From the NCBI GenBank assembly GCA_029548865.1, contig JAKPMO010000002.1:160001-224000 (forward strand): 64,000 nucleotides of DNA. Direction: 5' to 3'. Both the position numbers and the translations under genes were made by a program. Positions 26,010 to 35,553 of the stretch are shown one piece after another. Position 1 is the first letter of the stretch. Each line of letters starts with the position of its first letter. The DNA is from Caldisericota bacterium (GTDB taxonomy: Bacteria; Caldisericota; Caldisericia; JAAYUI01). Below the pieces are notes generated by a model that had not been told where the DNA came from, did not search any database, and saw only the letters and a program-made list of their open reading frames with translations.

Positions 26010-27842
26010 CTATTTTGAAAGAGACGCTTTGATTTTTTCGTAGATTGAGGTTGTGTCAAGTTTTTGTGACTCAAGCAATTCTTTTCTGGAGCCATTTTCT
26101 GGAAATGCATTTTGGATGCCGATTATGCGCAATGGTGGTATATGTTCCATCAATCTTTGCCCTATTCCACCACCAGTGACGCCTTCTTCAATGAAGAATA
26201 CAACTTTTTTGCCTTTTGCATGCTTTAACATAGAATCCGTGTCGAGAGGACTGGCGAACCTCATGTTTAAAACAGCGCACGAGAAGCCATCTTTTTCGAG
26301 CATCTCGGAGATGGTGGCCACCTCTTGCCTGAAAGTGCCGATGTATGCAAGAAGGATATCATCGCCATTCTTTGTGAGTTCGGCTTTTCCGAAAACCACG
26401 TCTTCGCAATCGGTTTTTAGGGCTACATCCTTTGGGTACCTGATGGCCGAAGGGCCCTTTGACGAGAAAGCAATTTCGAGCATCTGGCACAATTCCTCGG
26501 CACAGGATGGCGCCATGACGGTGATGTTTGGAACCAGCGAGAGGTAGGCCAGATCAAAAATGCCCTGGTGTGTTGGGCCATCATCTGGAACAAGGCCTGC
26601 CCTGTCGATTGCGAAAATGACCGGCAGATTCATGAGCGCCACATCATGGATTATCTGGTCGTAGGCCCTCTGCAGGAAAGTGCTATATATTGCCACAACA
26701 GGCTTCAGCCCGTTCCTGGCAAAGGCTGAAGCCAGAGACACAGCGTGCTGTTCAGCTATTCCGACATCAAAGAGCCTGCCTGGAAATACCCTCTGGAATT
26801 CCGCAAGGCCGGTTCCATCCGACATTGCGGCAGTTATTGCCACAATCGATTTGTCTTTTTTGGCAGCCTCGACCATGCACTCCCCAAAAACCTTCGAGTA
26901 TGTGGGTTTTCCGTTTGCCGTTTCACCATTTGCAGGCTTGAATGGTGCCGTGCCATGGTATTCGGTTGGTTTTGATTCTGCAAATGAACAGCCCTTGCCC
27001 TTTTTTGTGACAACGTGGAGGAGTACCGGGCCTTTCATGTGTTTTATCCTGCCAAGAAAAGCAAGCAGGAGTGGTATGTCGTGTCCGTCAACCGGGCCAA
27101 GGTACCTGAATCCGAGCTGTTCAAAGTACTGGTCGGCCATAAGAAATCTCTTGAGGGCTCCTTTTATCCTGAAGCCCATCCCGACGGCCCATTCGCCAAA
27201 GCGTCCCATTCTTGAAAAACCTTTGCCGACATAGTGACTGAACCTGCGATAAAAGATTGCCGCCCTGAGTTTGCTTGTGAACAGCGAGAGGGCACCAACC
27301 GATGGCGAGATTGACATCTGGTTGTCATTGAGGATGACAAGGACATCTGTGTCCATCTGGCCTATGTGATTGAGCGCCTCGAAGCATTCACCACCGGTAA
27401 GTGATCCGTCGCCAACAATTGCAATTACTGAATGTTTTTCGCCCTTGAGGTCCCTTGCAATTGCCTCTCCGGCTGCAAGAGAGACGGCCGTTGACGCGTG
27501 CCCTGTTTTGTAAAGGTCATATTGGGATTCGTCAGGATTTGGAAAACCCGAAAGCCCACCTTTTTTTCTTATGCTGCCAAACCTGTCCAGCCTTCCGGTT
27601 ATAATTTTGTGGGCGTAGCACTGGTGGCCCACGTCAAAGATTATCCTGTCTTTGGGGGAATCAAAAATCCTGTGAAGGGCAATTGTCAACTCCACGATTC
27701 CGAGGTTAGATGCCAGATGGCCACCATTTTTTGAAACGGCGTCGACAACCGCTTCCCTTATTTCGCAAGCGAGCTTGCCAAGGTCCCTGGTCCTCAATTT
27801 CTTGAGGTCACCCGGCCCTTTTATTCGACCAAGAATTTCCAT
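26010..27842 (-). CDS. dxs: 1-deoxy-D-xylulose-5-phosphate synthase
   Basis: GGHLASNLG, DVGHQ, GDGSLTGG..NDN, DVGIAEQH, YSTFLQRAYDQ, DRAG..DGPTH. Confidence 0.96.
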   Translation of the reverse strand: MEILGRIKGPGDLKKLRTRDLGKLACEIREAVVDAVSKNGGHLASNLGIVELTIALHRIFDSPKDRIIFDVGHQCYAHKIITGRLDRFGSIRKKGGLSGFPNPDESQYDLYKTGHASTAVSLAAGEAIARDLKGEKHSVIAIVGDGSLTGGECFEALNHIGQMDTDVLVILNDNQMSISPSVGALSLFTSKLRAAIFYRRFSHYVGKGFSRMGRFGEWAVGMGFRIKGALKRFLMADQYFEQLGFRYLGPVDGHDIPLLLAFLGRIKHMKGPVLLHVVTKKGKGCSFAESKPTEYHGTAPFKPANGETANGKPTYSKVFGECMVEAAKKDKSIVAITAAMSDGTGLAEFQRVFPGRLFDVGIAEQHAVSLASAFARNGLKPVVAIYSTFLQRAYDQIIHDVALMNLPVIFAIDRAGLVPDDGPTHQGIFDLAYLSLVPNITVMAPSCAEELCQMLEIAFSSKGPSAIRYPKDVALKTDCEDVVFGKAELTKNGDDILLAYIGTFRQEVATISEMLEKDGFSCAVLNMRFASPLDTDSMLKHAKGKKVVFFIEEGVTGGGIGQRLMEHIPPLRIIGIQNAFPENGSRKELLESQKLDTTSIYEKIKASLSK

Positions 27843-27920
27843 CACTGCCAAAAATAGACCAGATTGGCCATTTTTCAAGGTTCGTTGACCAACCCCGTAT
27901 TAAGGCTATACTCGAGCAAG

Positions 27921-28316
27921 ATGGATAGAATCAAGGACATTCTTGGCAAGGCAAAGGTCATTGCAGTTGTTGGTGCCTCTCTTGATGAGTGTTCTGCAAG
28001 CTTTCCCATAACCAAGTACCTTATTACCAGGGGATTTGGTGTTTATCCTGTCAACCCGAAATATGCTGGCGAAGAAATTTCGGGCGTCAAATTTCTGGCC
28101 AGTCTTTCAGATATAAAAGAAAAAATAGATATAATCGATGTCTTCAGGAGATCGGAGGCAATACCTGGAATGGTGGACGATTTTCTTGCTGCCAGACCGG
28201 GGGTTGTGTGGTTTCAGCTCGGGATATATGCCCCTGACTCGTTCAAAATCCTTGAAGAAAACGGCATAGAAGTGATATATGATCGCTGTATATACAAAGA
28301 ACTGATGGAGTGTTGA
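27921..28316 (+). CDS. CoA-binding protein (YccU-like)
   Basis: IAVVGAS, YPVNP, DIIDVFR, VWFQLG, DRCI. Confidence 0.88.
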   Translation: MDRIKDILGKAKVIAVVGASLDECSASFPITKYLITRGFGVYPVNPKYAGEEISGVKFLASLSDIKEKIDIIDVFRRSEAIPGMVDDFLAARPGVVWFQLGIYAPDSFKILEENGIEVIYDRCIYKELMEC

Positions 28317-28744
28317 TGGAACCCGAATACAAAGGTACTGATTCGAACTGTTTTGCTTGTGGAACATCCAACCAGAGGGGTTTGAAGCTAAAGTTTGCAC
28401 TGATTGATGACCATGTGGAGGCAAGGTTTGTGCCAGACAAGGATTTTGAGGGCTGGGACAATATTGTGCATGGTGGCATAGTGTCCACACTTATAGACGA
28501 GGCGATGTCACATGCCATTTTCAGGCTGGACGGCGGCTCTGTGGTAACGGCCGAAATGACTGTGAGATTTGTAAAGCCGATGTTTGTTGGCAAGCCATTT
28601 GTTGTCCATGGGAAAATTGATGGTCTGAAAGGGAGACTGATTGAGGCTTCGGCCAATATAACTGACCAGGACGGCAACCTGATTGCAAAAGGAACAGGCC
28701 GTTTTATTAGAGTGGGCATAAACCAGAAACTCAACTTTTGCTAG
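28316..28744 (+). CDS. PaaI family hotdog thioesterase
   Basis: CFACG..N..GL, HGGIVSTLIDE, TAEMTVRF.KP. Confidence 0.88.
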   Translation: MEPEYKGTDSNCFACGTSNQRGLKLKFALIDDHVEARFVPDKDFEGWDNIVHGGIVSTLIDEAMSHAIFRLDGGSVVTAEMTVRFVKPMFVGKPFVVHGKIDGLKGRLIEASANITDQDGNLIAKGTGRFIRVGINQKLNFC

Positions 28745-28765
28745 CAATTGCAAAGGGAGGTCCGG

Positions 28766-30139
28766 ATGAAAGAACTGTTTAGGCTGATTCCCCAGGTTTC
28801 TTCAATACTCGAGGATGAAGATTTCAAAAAAGAATATGGACATTTTGACCAGAGAATAACCTCCAGCCTTATCAGGGAGGCCCTCGATTCTGTCAGGGAC
28901 AAAATTGCTGGTGGCGAGGCACTGGATGAATCACAGGTCAAAAAACTCGTTGAGACCACACTTAAAAAGAGACTCTCCCCATTGACCAAAAGGTCATTGA
29001 AAAGAGTGATAAATGCAACCGGCATTGTTTTGCATACGAACCTTGGAAGGGCCCCAATGCTTCCCAATCTGTACCTTGCCCCCCTGCTTGAGGGCTACTG
29101 TAATCTCGAATATGACCTCGCCGAAGGGAAGAGGGGTAAAAGAGGCGTCCATGTGAAATCGGTCATCAAAATGCTTCTTGGCGCTGAATCTACCGTTGTG
29201 GTCAACAACAATGCGGCCGCAATACTCCTTCTTCTCAGGACGCATGCTGAAGGCAAGGAGGTAATTGTTTCCAGGGGCGAACTGATTGAGCTTGGCGGTT
29301 CTTTCAGATTGCCGGAAGTGATGACTGCTTCGGGGGCAATGCTTCATGAGGTTGGAACCACAAACAGGACGCACCTGAAGGATTATGCAGGAGCAATCAA
29401 TGAAAAAACCGGGCTGATCCTGAAAGTCCACCCTTCGAACTATGCAATAAGGGGGTTTGCATCTTCTCCGACAACTGCCGAGTTGTCTGCTCTGGCAAAA
29501 GAGAAGAATGTTCCATTTGTTTATGATGTTGGCTCGGGCCTTTTGCGCAAGATAGACCATCCCAATTTCAGGGAGGAGCCGGACTGCCTCTCGGCATTGA
29601 GTGATGGCGCAGATGCAATACTTTTTTCCGGTGACAAGATACTTGGCGGAACACAGGCGGGTTTTATTGTCGGAAGTGAAAAAATTGCTGGTGCCTGTGG
29701 TAAAATCCCCCTCATGAGGAGCCTGAGGCTTGCGAAGGCCCACATGTGCATGCTCGAAGAAGCATTGAGGACATGGTTGCTACCAGACAGGGAAGTCATG
29801 AAGCTGAACCCTGTCATGAGAATGATATCAATGATGCCTGAGGAGCTGGAAGCAAGGGCAAACACTCTCTCTGGGGAAATCAACAAGGCAAATCCGGCAA
29901 TCGGGTCTTTTGTAAAGAAGGTTGAAGGCTACATGGGCGGTGGCTCACTGCCTGACATCAATTTTGATTCTTATGCGGTGGCCATAAAACCAAAAGAAAC
30001 CCCTCAGTTGTTGCTGCAAAAGTTGAGAAATTCTGAAACTCCGATTGTGGCAAGGATTGAAGATGACCTTGTCCTTTTTGACATGAGAACAGTACTTGAT
30101 GGTGAAGGAGAAAAAATAGCCAGGGCACTCGCGCAATGA
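28766..30139 (+). CDS. selA: L-seryl-tRNA(Sec) selenium transferase
   Basis: VINATGIVLHTNLGRA, NLEYDL..GKRG, VNNNAAA, SRGELIELGGSFR, EVGTTN, SGDKILGG. Confidence 0.93.
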   Translation: MKELFRLIPQVSSILEDEDFKKEYGHFDQRITSSLIREALDSVRDKIAGGEALDESQVKKLVETTLKKRLSPLTKRSLKRVINATGIVLHTNLGRAPMLPNLYLAPLLEGYCNLEYDLAEGKRGKRGVHVKSVIKMLLGAESTVVVNNNAAAILLLLRTHAEGKEVIVSRGELIELGGSFRLPEVMTASGAMLHEVGTTNRTHLKDYAGAINEKTGLILKVHPSNYAIRGFASSPTTAELSALAKEKNVPFVYDVGSGLLRKIDHPNFREEPDCLSALSDGADAILFSGDKILGGTQAGFIVGSEKIAGACGKIPLMRSLRLAKAHMCMLEEALRTWLLPDREVMKLNPVMRMISMMPEELEARANTLSGEINKANPAIGSFVKKVEGYMGGGSLPDINFDSYAVAIKPKETPQLLLQKLRNSETPIVARIEDDLVLFDMRTVLDGEGEKIARALAQ

Positions 30140-30780
30140 CCCAGTCCGAAATAGCAACCAGGGCCATTGAAAAATTGGCCAGATTTTGGGGAGGGTTTGA
30201 ATTCGCAGATTTCAACAAGCGTGACCCGTGGAGAATACTGGTTTCCGCAATAATTTCCCACAGAACACAGGACAACGTAACATATCCTGCAACCGAGAGG
30301 CTTTTTTCAAAATGGTTCGATGTCAGATCGCTTTCGCTTGCTGATCCTGATGAGGTTGCCAAGGTAATATATCCAGCGGGGTTCTACAAAACCAAGTCCC
30401 AAAGGCTTGTCCAGATGGCCATTTTTATCACTTCCCAATATAGTGGGAAAGTACCCGATTCCTTGGACGAGCTATTATGCATAAAAGGTGTGGGCAGAAA
30501 GACAGCAAATCTCGTGCTTTCTCTCGGTTACAATATCCCGTCGGTTGTTGTTGATATTCATGTGCACAGGATTTCCAACAGGGCGGGGTGGGTTAAAACA
30601 CAGACTCCAGAGCAAACAGAGTTTGAATTGATGAAGCTTTTGCCCAAAAAATACTGGACAAAGTCAAATGAGCTCTTGGTTCGTTTGGGTCAAAACATTT
30701 GCAAACCCATCGTTCCAAAATGTGAACAATGCCCGATCTGTCCAATGTGCGTTATGGGTAGTTCTGTTAAGAAAAATTGA
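30136..30780 (+). CDS. nth: Endonuclease III
   Basis: HhH GVGRKTANLV, VDIHVHR, C-x6-C-x2-C-x5-C [4Fe-4S] motif. Confidence 0.93.
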   Translation: MTQSEIATRAIEKLARFWGGFEFADFNKRDPWRILVSAIISHRTQDNVTYPATERLFSKWFDVRSLSLADPDEVAKVIYPAGFYKTKSQRLVQMAIFITSQYSGKVPDSLDELLCIKGVGRKTANLVLSLGYNIPSVVVDIHVHRISNRAGWVKTQTPEQTEFELMKLLPKKYWTKSNELLVRLGQNICKPIVPKCEQCPICPMCVMGSSVKKN

Positions 30781-30857
30781 TGTTGATTTTTAACAGACTC
30801 AATATACAATGCGACTCGCTATTTTTTTACTATCTCTCGTGAAGGGGGTACAATGAG

Positions 30858-31253
30858 TTGTACACATATGGAAGACACCTTCTGTGCGAGGTCTCTGGTT
30901 GTGACCCGTCTATAATAGGTGATGTAGACAAGGTGAAGGAGATCCTTTACCAGGCTGCCGGTCTTGCCAAGGCTGAGATCATGGAATCAACATTCCACCA
31001 CTTTTCACCACAGGGAGTTTCAGGTGTGGTTGTTATTGCAGAATCGCATCTCTCAATTCACACCTGGCCTGAATTTGGCTACGCAGCTCTTGATATCTAC
31101 ACATGCGGGGAACATACCGATCCAGAGGGCGCCCTCAATTATTGCTCCGAGAAGTTTGGCGCCAGTGAAGTCGATATTACAAGAATCGAACGCGGTCTAA
31201 AGGAGGAAACCGGTGGCTTTTCGCACCGGTTGAGTAACGTCGGCGCCGCTTGA
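30858..31253 (+). CDS. speD: S-adenosylmethionine decarboxylase proenzyme (SpeD/SpeH)
   Basis: GRHL, FSPQGVSGV, ESHLSIHTWPE, DIYTCG. TTG start after AAGGGGG. Confidence 0.93.
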   Translation: MYTYGRHLLCEVSGCDPSIIGDVDKVKEILYQAAGLAKAEIMESTFHHFSPQGVSGVVVIAESHLSIHTWPEFGYAALDIYTCGEHTDPEGALNYCSEKFGASEVDITRIERGLKEETGGFSHRLSNVGAA

Positions 31254-31436
31254 TAGGCGGCTGCAAATACTCTGGGAAGATCGGATTTAATATTTCTCTA
31301 GTCGTAAAACAATCCATTAAAATTGAATAAACCAGTTTGTTTTTAAATAAAAACAAATGATAGTGGTTTATTTTTTAATGTCATGAAATGAAGACTGACA
31401 TTGACTTATTTGTGAATTTTGGCTAGAGTTGAGCAA

Positions 31437-31706
31437 GTGAAAGACAATGAAGCCAGATCATCAGTTATAAAGAGGCTCTCAAAGATAGAAGGTCAGGTGA
31501 GAGGCCTTGTGCGCATGATATCTGAAGAACGATCATGTGATGAAATAATCAATCAGATCCAGGCCGTAAAGGCCGGAATAAACAAAGTCGCAGCAATCAT
31601 CCTGGAAAGAAACATCGTTGATTGTTTAAGTCTTTCGGAAAATACAGACCAAACAGAAATTGAGAAGCTCAGAAAGCTTCTCTCCAAAATTGCAGGTAGT
31701 AAATGA
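31437..31706 (+). CDS. CsoR/RcnR family repressor, CstR-like (persulfide sensor signature)
   Basis: RLSKIEGQVRGL..CDEIINQI.AV..RNIVDC. Asn replaces the Cu-ligand His (x-C-N-C). GTG start 7 nt after a TTGACT-N17-TAGAGT promoter. Confidence 0.85.
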   Translation: MKDNEARSSVIKRLSKIEGQVRGLVRMISEERSCDEIINQIQAVKAGINKVAAIILERNIVDCLSLSENTDQTEIEKLRKLLSKIAGSK

Positions 31707-31730
31707 TATAGTTGCCGAAAGGAGCGCTTT

Positions 31731-33203
31731 GTGAAGAGAGAGCTTTTGGATGAATTGATGGGTCTTGGGATTGATATTGTATCAACACCCTTTGAATGCC
31801 AGTTTTATGGTTTTGATGTGACCCCGTTGCCGAAGGAAACCTCCTGGGTTTTTAGGGGGACAACTCCAGACGCAGTCCTCAGACCAAAAAACACCGAAGA
31901 AGTTGTCAAAATAATGGATTTTGCCAACAAGCACAAAGTCCCTGTATGTCCAAGGGGTGGCGGAACCTCTGGATATTACCAGTCGGTTCCGAGAGGCAAG
32001 GGGATTGTTATTGAAACATTGGCTTTAAATAGCATAGGTGAGCTTGACGAAAAAGAGGGACTTATCAGTGTTGGTGGTGGAGTAATATGGTCTCAGCTTG
32101 ACTGGGAATTGAAGAAAAAGGGCTGGACGCTCAAGACATACCCCACTTCCTATAAATCATCCACTGTTGCTGGCTGGACCCAGACAGAAGGCCTTGGTGT
32201 GGGAAGCCTCGCTTTTGGCTCCATAAAGAAACTGATAAAAGAGATCGAGGTTGTTCTTCCAAGCGGTGAGGTTGTATGGATCCCAAATGAAGGTCTCGTA
32301 GAAACCAAATCAGGCAACCTGAAATTTGAAGATTTTATAAAGAGTGAAGGCATGATGGGCATCATTAGCTCTGTAAAACTGGAGGTAAGGCGACTTCCTG
32401 AGTCCACTGTAACGTACCTCCTGAAATTCAAAGACAAAAATGATTTTGCACTGGTCTCTTCGCGACTGGCCGAGATTTCTTCAATATTTTTCATCGAGTT
32501 TGTAAATGGCTCTTATATGGACTTGCTTGCGCAGTCAGGCCATCATACGCCAAAACATTTGAAGGAAGAGGTGTTTGCGGTTATTAGGCTTGAAGGCGGT
32601 AAATCGGATGTTGAAAAGGGCGAGAAAGAGATTGCCGCGCTGCTTGCCGAACATACAGAAATTGCTCAGTTGCCACAGGAAGAAGCTGAGGAAGAGTACG
32701 GCTACAGATTAAAATATTTCAGAATAAAGAACGCCTACTCATCGGTAACACCAGCAGATCTGTCTGTTCCGCTCTCAAATCTTGGGCAATACCTGGACAA
32801 GGTTTCGCGCTTCAGGTTCGAATTTGCATATAAGGGCGAAATTCTAACAAAGGAGCAGTGCGGACTGATGTTTTTCTATGTCCTAGCAAACGAGCTCTCT
32901 TTTGTCAGATTCATGTCGGCTGCACCGTACCAGATGGAATTTATCCTCTCTGCGATGAAAATGGGTGGCAGCCCAAACGGTGGGATTGGATTGCTCAATA
33001 CTCCTTATATTTTTGGGTTGAGAACGCAATCAGAAAGAGAAGCATTTATCCAAAAAAAAGAGATGTTTGACCAAAACTGGATAATGAACCCTGGCAAATG
33101 GACAGATCCACCGTTTTTCCTCCGGCCATCGATTTATTTTAGTGGAATGAAACTCCTGGAGCCGGTTTGCTGGCTTGTTGGCGGGATTGTGGGGAGGTGG
33201 TAG
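31731..33203 (+). CDS. FAD-binding (PCMH) oxidoreductase, GlcD/D-lactate dehydrogenase-like
   Basis: PDAVLRP..EEV, PRGGGTS, TVAGW, SEGMMGII, FDQNWIMNPGK. SD AAGGAG. Confidence 0.8.
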   Translation: MKRELLDELMGLGIDIVSTPFECQFYGFDVTPLPKETSWVFRGTTPDAVLRPKNTEEVVKIMDFANKHKVPVCPRGGGTSGYYQSVPRGKGIVIETLALNSIGELDEKEGLISVGGGVIWSQLDWELKKKGWTLKTYPTSYKSSTVAGWTQTEGLGVGSLAFGSIKKLIKEIEVVLPSGEVVWIPNEGLVETKSGNLKFEDFIKSEGMMGIISSVKLEVRRLPESTVTYLLKFKDKNDFALVSSRLAEISSIFFIEFVNGSYMDLLAQSGHHTPKHLKEEVFAVIRLEGGKSDVEKGEKEIAALLAEHTEIAQLPQEEAEEEYGYRLKYFRIKNAYSSVTPADLSVPLSNLGQYLDKVSRFRFEFAYKGEILTKEQCGLMFFYVLANELSFVRFMSAAPYQMEFILSAMKMGGSPNGGIGLLNTPYIFGLRTQSEREAFIQKKEMFDQNWIMNPGKWTDPPFFLRPSIYFSGMKLLEPVCWLVGGIVGRW

Positions 33204-33204
33204 C

Positions 33205-34407
33205 ATGAAAAAATATGCAGCCATTGAAAAACAGGTCAGAAAATGCATACAGTGTGGCTCATGCCGTGTGGAATGTCCCACTGGTGACGATGTTGGCTGG
33301 ATTTCATGTTCTCCAAGGGCAAAAGTCCTTTTTATAAGAGACTTTCTACTTGGCCGCAAACCCACAAAAGTCAAGATGTCGGAGGAATTTGCCCAGAGGC
33401 TTTTCCAGTGCACGCTTTGTGGAAGATGTGGCGTCGAGTGCATAACGGAAATCGATTTCCCCGAGGTCTGGTTTGAAATAAGGGAGCTGGTCCAGGATGA
33501 AGGTGTTAAACTCCCGATTGTGGAAATGGTCTCCGGAATTATCAAAGACACAAAGAATGTTGCCAACCAGCCAAACGATGACAGGCCGAACTGGCTCAAG
33601 AGGGCAAAACTTGCCTCCGATCCGACAAAAGTCGAAAAGGCCGATGTTGTGTACTATGTTGGGTGCATGAGTTCCTTTTATCCGCAGTCACAGAGCATGG
33701 CCAGGGCCTTTGCCCAGATATTGGAAGCATCAGGCACAAACTTCGCAATCATGGGAACGAGCGAGCATTGCTGCGGGTTTCCGATGATTTCAACCGGAAA
33801 AGTACATGAAGCCAAAGAGTTGATGTACCATAACCAGGAAGAGATAAAGAAATATGGCGCAAAAACTGTTGTGGCCACTTGTCCAGCCTGCACCAGCATG
33901 TGGAAGAAAGAATATCCAAAGCTCTCCGGCAAACCGAATGATTTTGAAGTGATGCATGCAACCCAGTTTGTCCTGAAGCTGATGAAGGAAAATAAGCTCA
34001 AGCTCATTCCGCCAAAGCAGGAAATACAGGTGACCTTCCATGATGGGTGTGATCTTGGAAGGAACGGCGGCGTTTATGACGAGCCAAGGGAAATACTTAA
34101 AATGCTCCCTGGCGTAATGTTCACCGAGCATTCTGAAAGCAAGGACATTTCGGTTTGCTGTGGCGCCGGTGGCGACCTGCTCATGACAAATCCTGAAATG
34201 GCCGACAGGATTGGACAAAAGAGGGCAAGGAGTCTTTCTGAGGTTGCGCCAGTTGCGGTGACCTGTTGCCCGTCCTGCAAAAAACAGCTCAAAGATGCAG
34301 CAAAACATGCCGAGGTCAAACTTGACACCAAAGACCTCCTGGAAATGGTTGCAGACATGCTTGAGAAACCCGAAAAACCAGAAAAGCCAGAGAAAACAGA
34401 AGCTTGA
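33205..34407 (+). CDS. Fe-S oxidoreductase with two [4Fe-4S] motifs and two CCG domains (GlcF/HdrD-like)
   Basis: CIQCGSCRVECP, CTLCGRCGVEC, YVGC, HCCG, TCPAC, HDGC, CCGAGG, CPSC. Confidence 0.85.
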   Translation: MKKYAAIEKQVRKCIQCGSCRVECPTGDDVGWISCSPRAKVLFIRDFLLGRKPTKVKMSEEFAQRLFQCTLCGRCGVECITEIDFPEVWFEIRELVQDEGVKLPIVEMVSGIIKDTKNVANQPNDDRPNWLKRAKLASDPTKVEKADVVYYVGCMSSFYPQSQSMARAFAQILEASGTNFAIMGTSEHCCGFPMISTGKVHEAKELMYHNQEEIKKYGAKTVVATCPACTSMWKKEYPKLSGKPNDFEVMHATQFVLKLMKENKLKLIPPKQEIQVTFHDGCDLGRNGGVYDEPREILKMLPGVMFTEHSESKDISVCCGAGGDLLMTNPEMADRIGQKRARSLSEVAPVAVTCCPSCKKQLKDAAKHAEVKLDTKDLLEMVADMLEKPEKPEKPEKTEA

Positions 34408-34426
34408 TATTTACACCTAAAAAGTC

Positions 34427-34457
34427 AAAGGCCCCCATGAACATGGGGGCCTTTTTT
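34427..34457 (+). terminator. Rho-independent terminator
   Basis: AAAGGCCCCCATG-aa-CATGGGGGCCTTTTTT. Confidence 0.85.
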
Positions 34458-34548
34458 ATTTCTGGTTTTTTTATGCCTTGTTGCACAAAACAGCAAAACA
34501 AATCAAAATCAAAAAATACATTTCAGTAGAATGTATTTCAGTTGACAA

Positions 34549-35409
34549 ATGATAGACTACATCGACAAAATACAGGGTGCAATAAACTTTATGGAAGCAA
34601 GACTCAAGGAGAGAGTGGGGCTTGGTGATATTGCAAAAGAAGCCGGGTTTTCCTCTTTTCATTTCCACAGGATATTCCTTGCCAATGTCGGTGAAACGGT
34701 CACTGAGTATGTGAGAAAAAGAAGGCTTTCAGAAGCTGCGCGCGAGCTGATGGAAACCGACCACAGAATACTCGACATCGCTGTTGACTATCAATTTGAA
34801 AGCCAGCAGGCTTTCACAAGGGCCTTCAAAAAAATGTTTTTTGTACCTCCTGGGCGGTGCAGACGGGAGAAACCTGCTGTGCATCTGTTTTTCAGGAGAC
34901 GTTTGGACAGGGAAGGCCTAAGATTCCTGAGAGGAGGAGTAGTAGGAATGGAACCGAAAATTGTTGAACTTGGTGAAATAAAGGCTGTTGGAATCAGGTA
35001 TTATGGTGATAATAAAAATGGTGAGATAAAGCAAGTTTGGGACAAATTTAATAAAGATATGTGTTGCATGAAGAATGTTAGCAAGCCAGGAATAGCGCTT
35101 GGAATTTGTTCTATGATTGAGGGTGGTGACCCAGGGAAGTTTGAGTATGTTTGCTCCATGAAGGTTGACAATACCTCTGAGATACCAGATGGTATGGTTG
35201 CAAGAGTTCTTCCACCACACAAGTACCTTGTTTTTACCCACAAAGGAAAGCTCGACAACCTTGGCGAGACCTACAATTACATCTATCAGAACTGGATACC
35301 TAAATCAGGCCATGAGATTGATAGCTCGTTTGACTTTGAGCTCTATGACGACAGGTTCTGTTATGGCAAGGATGAATCAGAGTTTGACATCTATATCCCG
35401 ATAAAATAG
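34549..35409 (+). CDS. AraC family regulator with GyrI-like effector domain (Rob-like), copy 1
   Basis: FSSFHFHRIF, RKRRLSEAA, FESQQAFTRAFKK, C-terminal HKG..YNYIY..W.P..DFELYD. Confidence 0.92.
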   Translation: MIDYIDKIQGAINFMEARLKERVGLGDIAKEAGFSSFHFHRIFLANVGETVTEYVRKRRLSEAARELMETDHRILDIAVDYQFESQQAFTRAFKKMFFVPPGRCRREKPAVHLFFRRRLDREGLRFLRGGVVGMEPKIVELGEIKAVGIRYYGDNKNGEIKQVWDKFNKDMCCMKNVSKPGIALGICSMIEGGDPGKFEYVCSMKVDNTSEIPDGMVARVLPPHKYLVFTHKGKLDNLGETYNYIYQNWIPKSGHEIDSSFDFELYDDRFCYGKDESEFDIYIPIK

Positions 35410-35437
35410 TTTAATAAACCACTTCAATACGTTTAAA

Positions 35438-35470
35438 AAAAGACCCCCATGAAAGTTATGGGGGTCTTTT
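35438..35470 (+). terminator. Rho-independent terminator
   Basis: AAAAGACCCCCAT..ATGGGGGTCTTTT. Confidence 0.8.
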
Positions 35471-35553
35471 GGTTTTAATCATTGTTACACGAAATAGCAA
35501 AATAAATCAGAACAAAAAAATCGTGCTCCTATAAAATGTGTCATAGTTGGCAG

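Noticed and set aside
31704..31733. The cstR TGA is in frame with the downstream oxidoreductase, suggesting selenocysteine read-through given selA
   Set aside because: The downstream gene has its own SD, the TGA is not at a Cys-equivalent position, no SECIS-like hairpin is evident, and same-frame adjacency occurs by chance one time in three.
34363..34404. EKPEKPEKPEK microrepeat at the end of the CCG protein
   Set aside because: Short low-complexity tail with degenerate codons; not a slippage or phase-variation tract.
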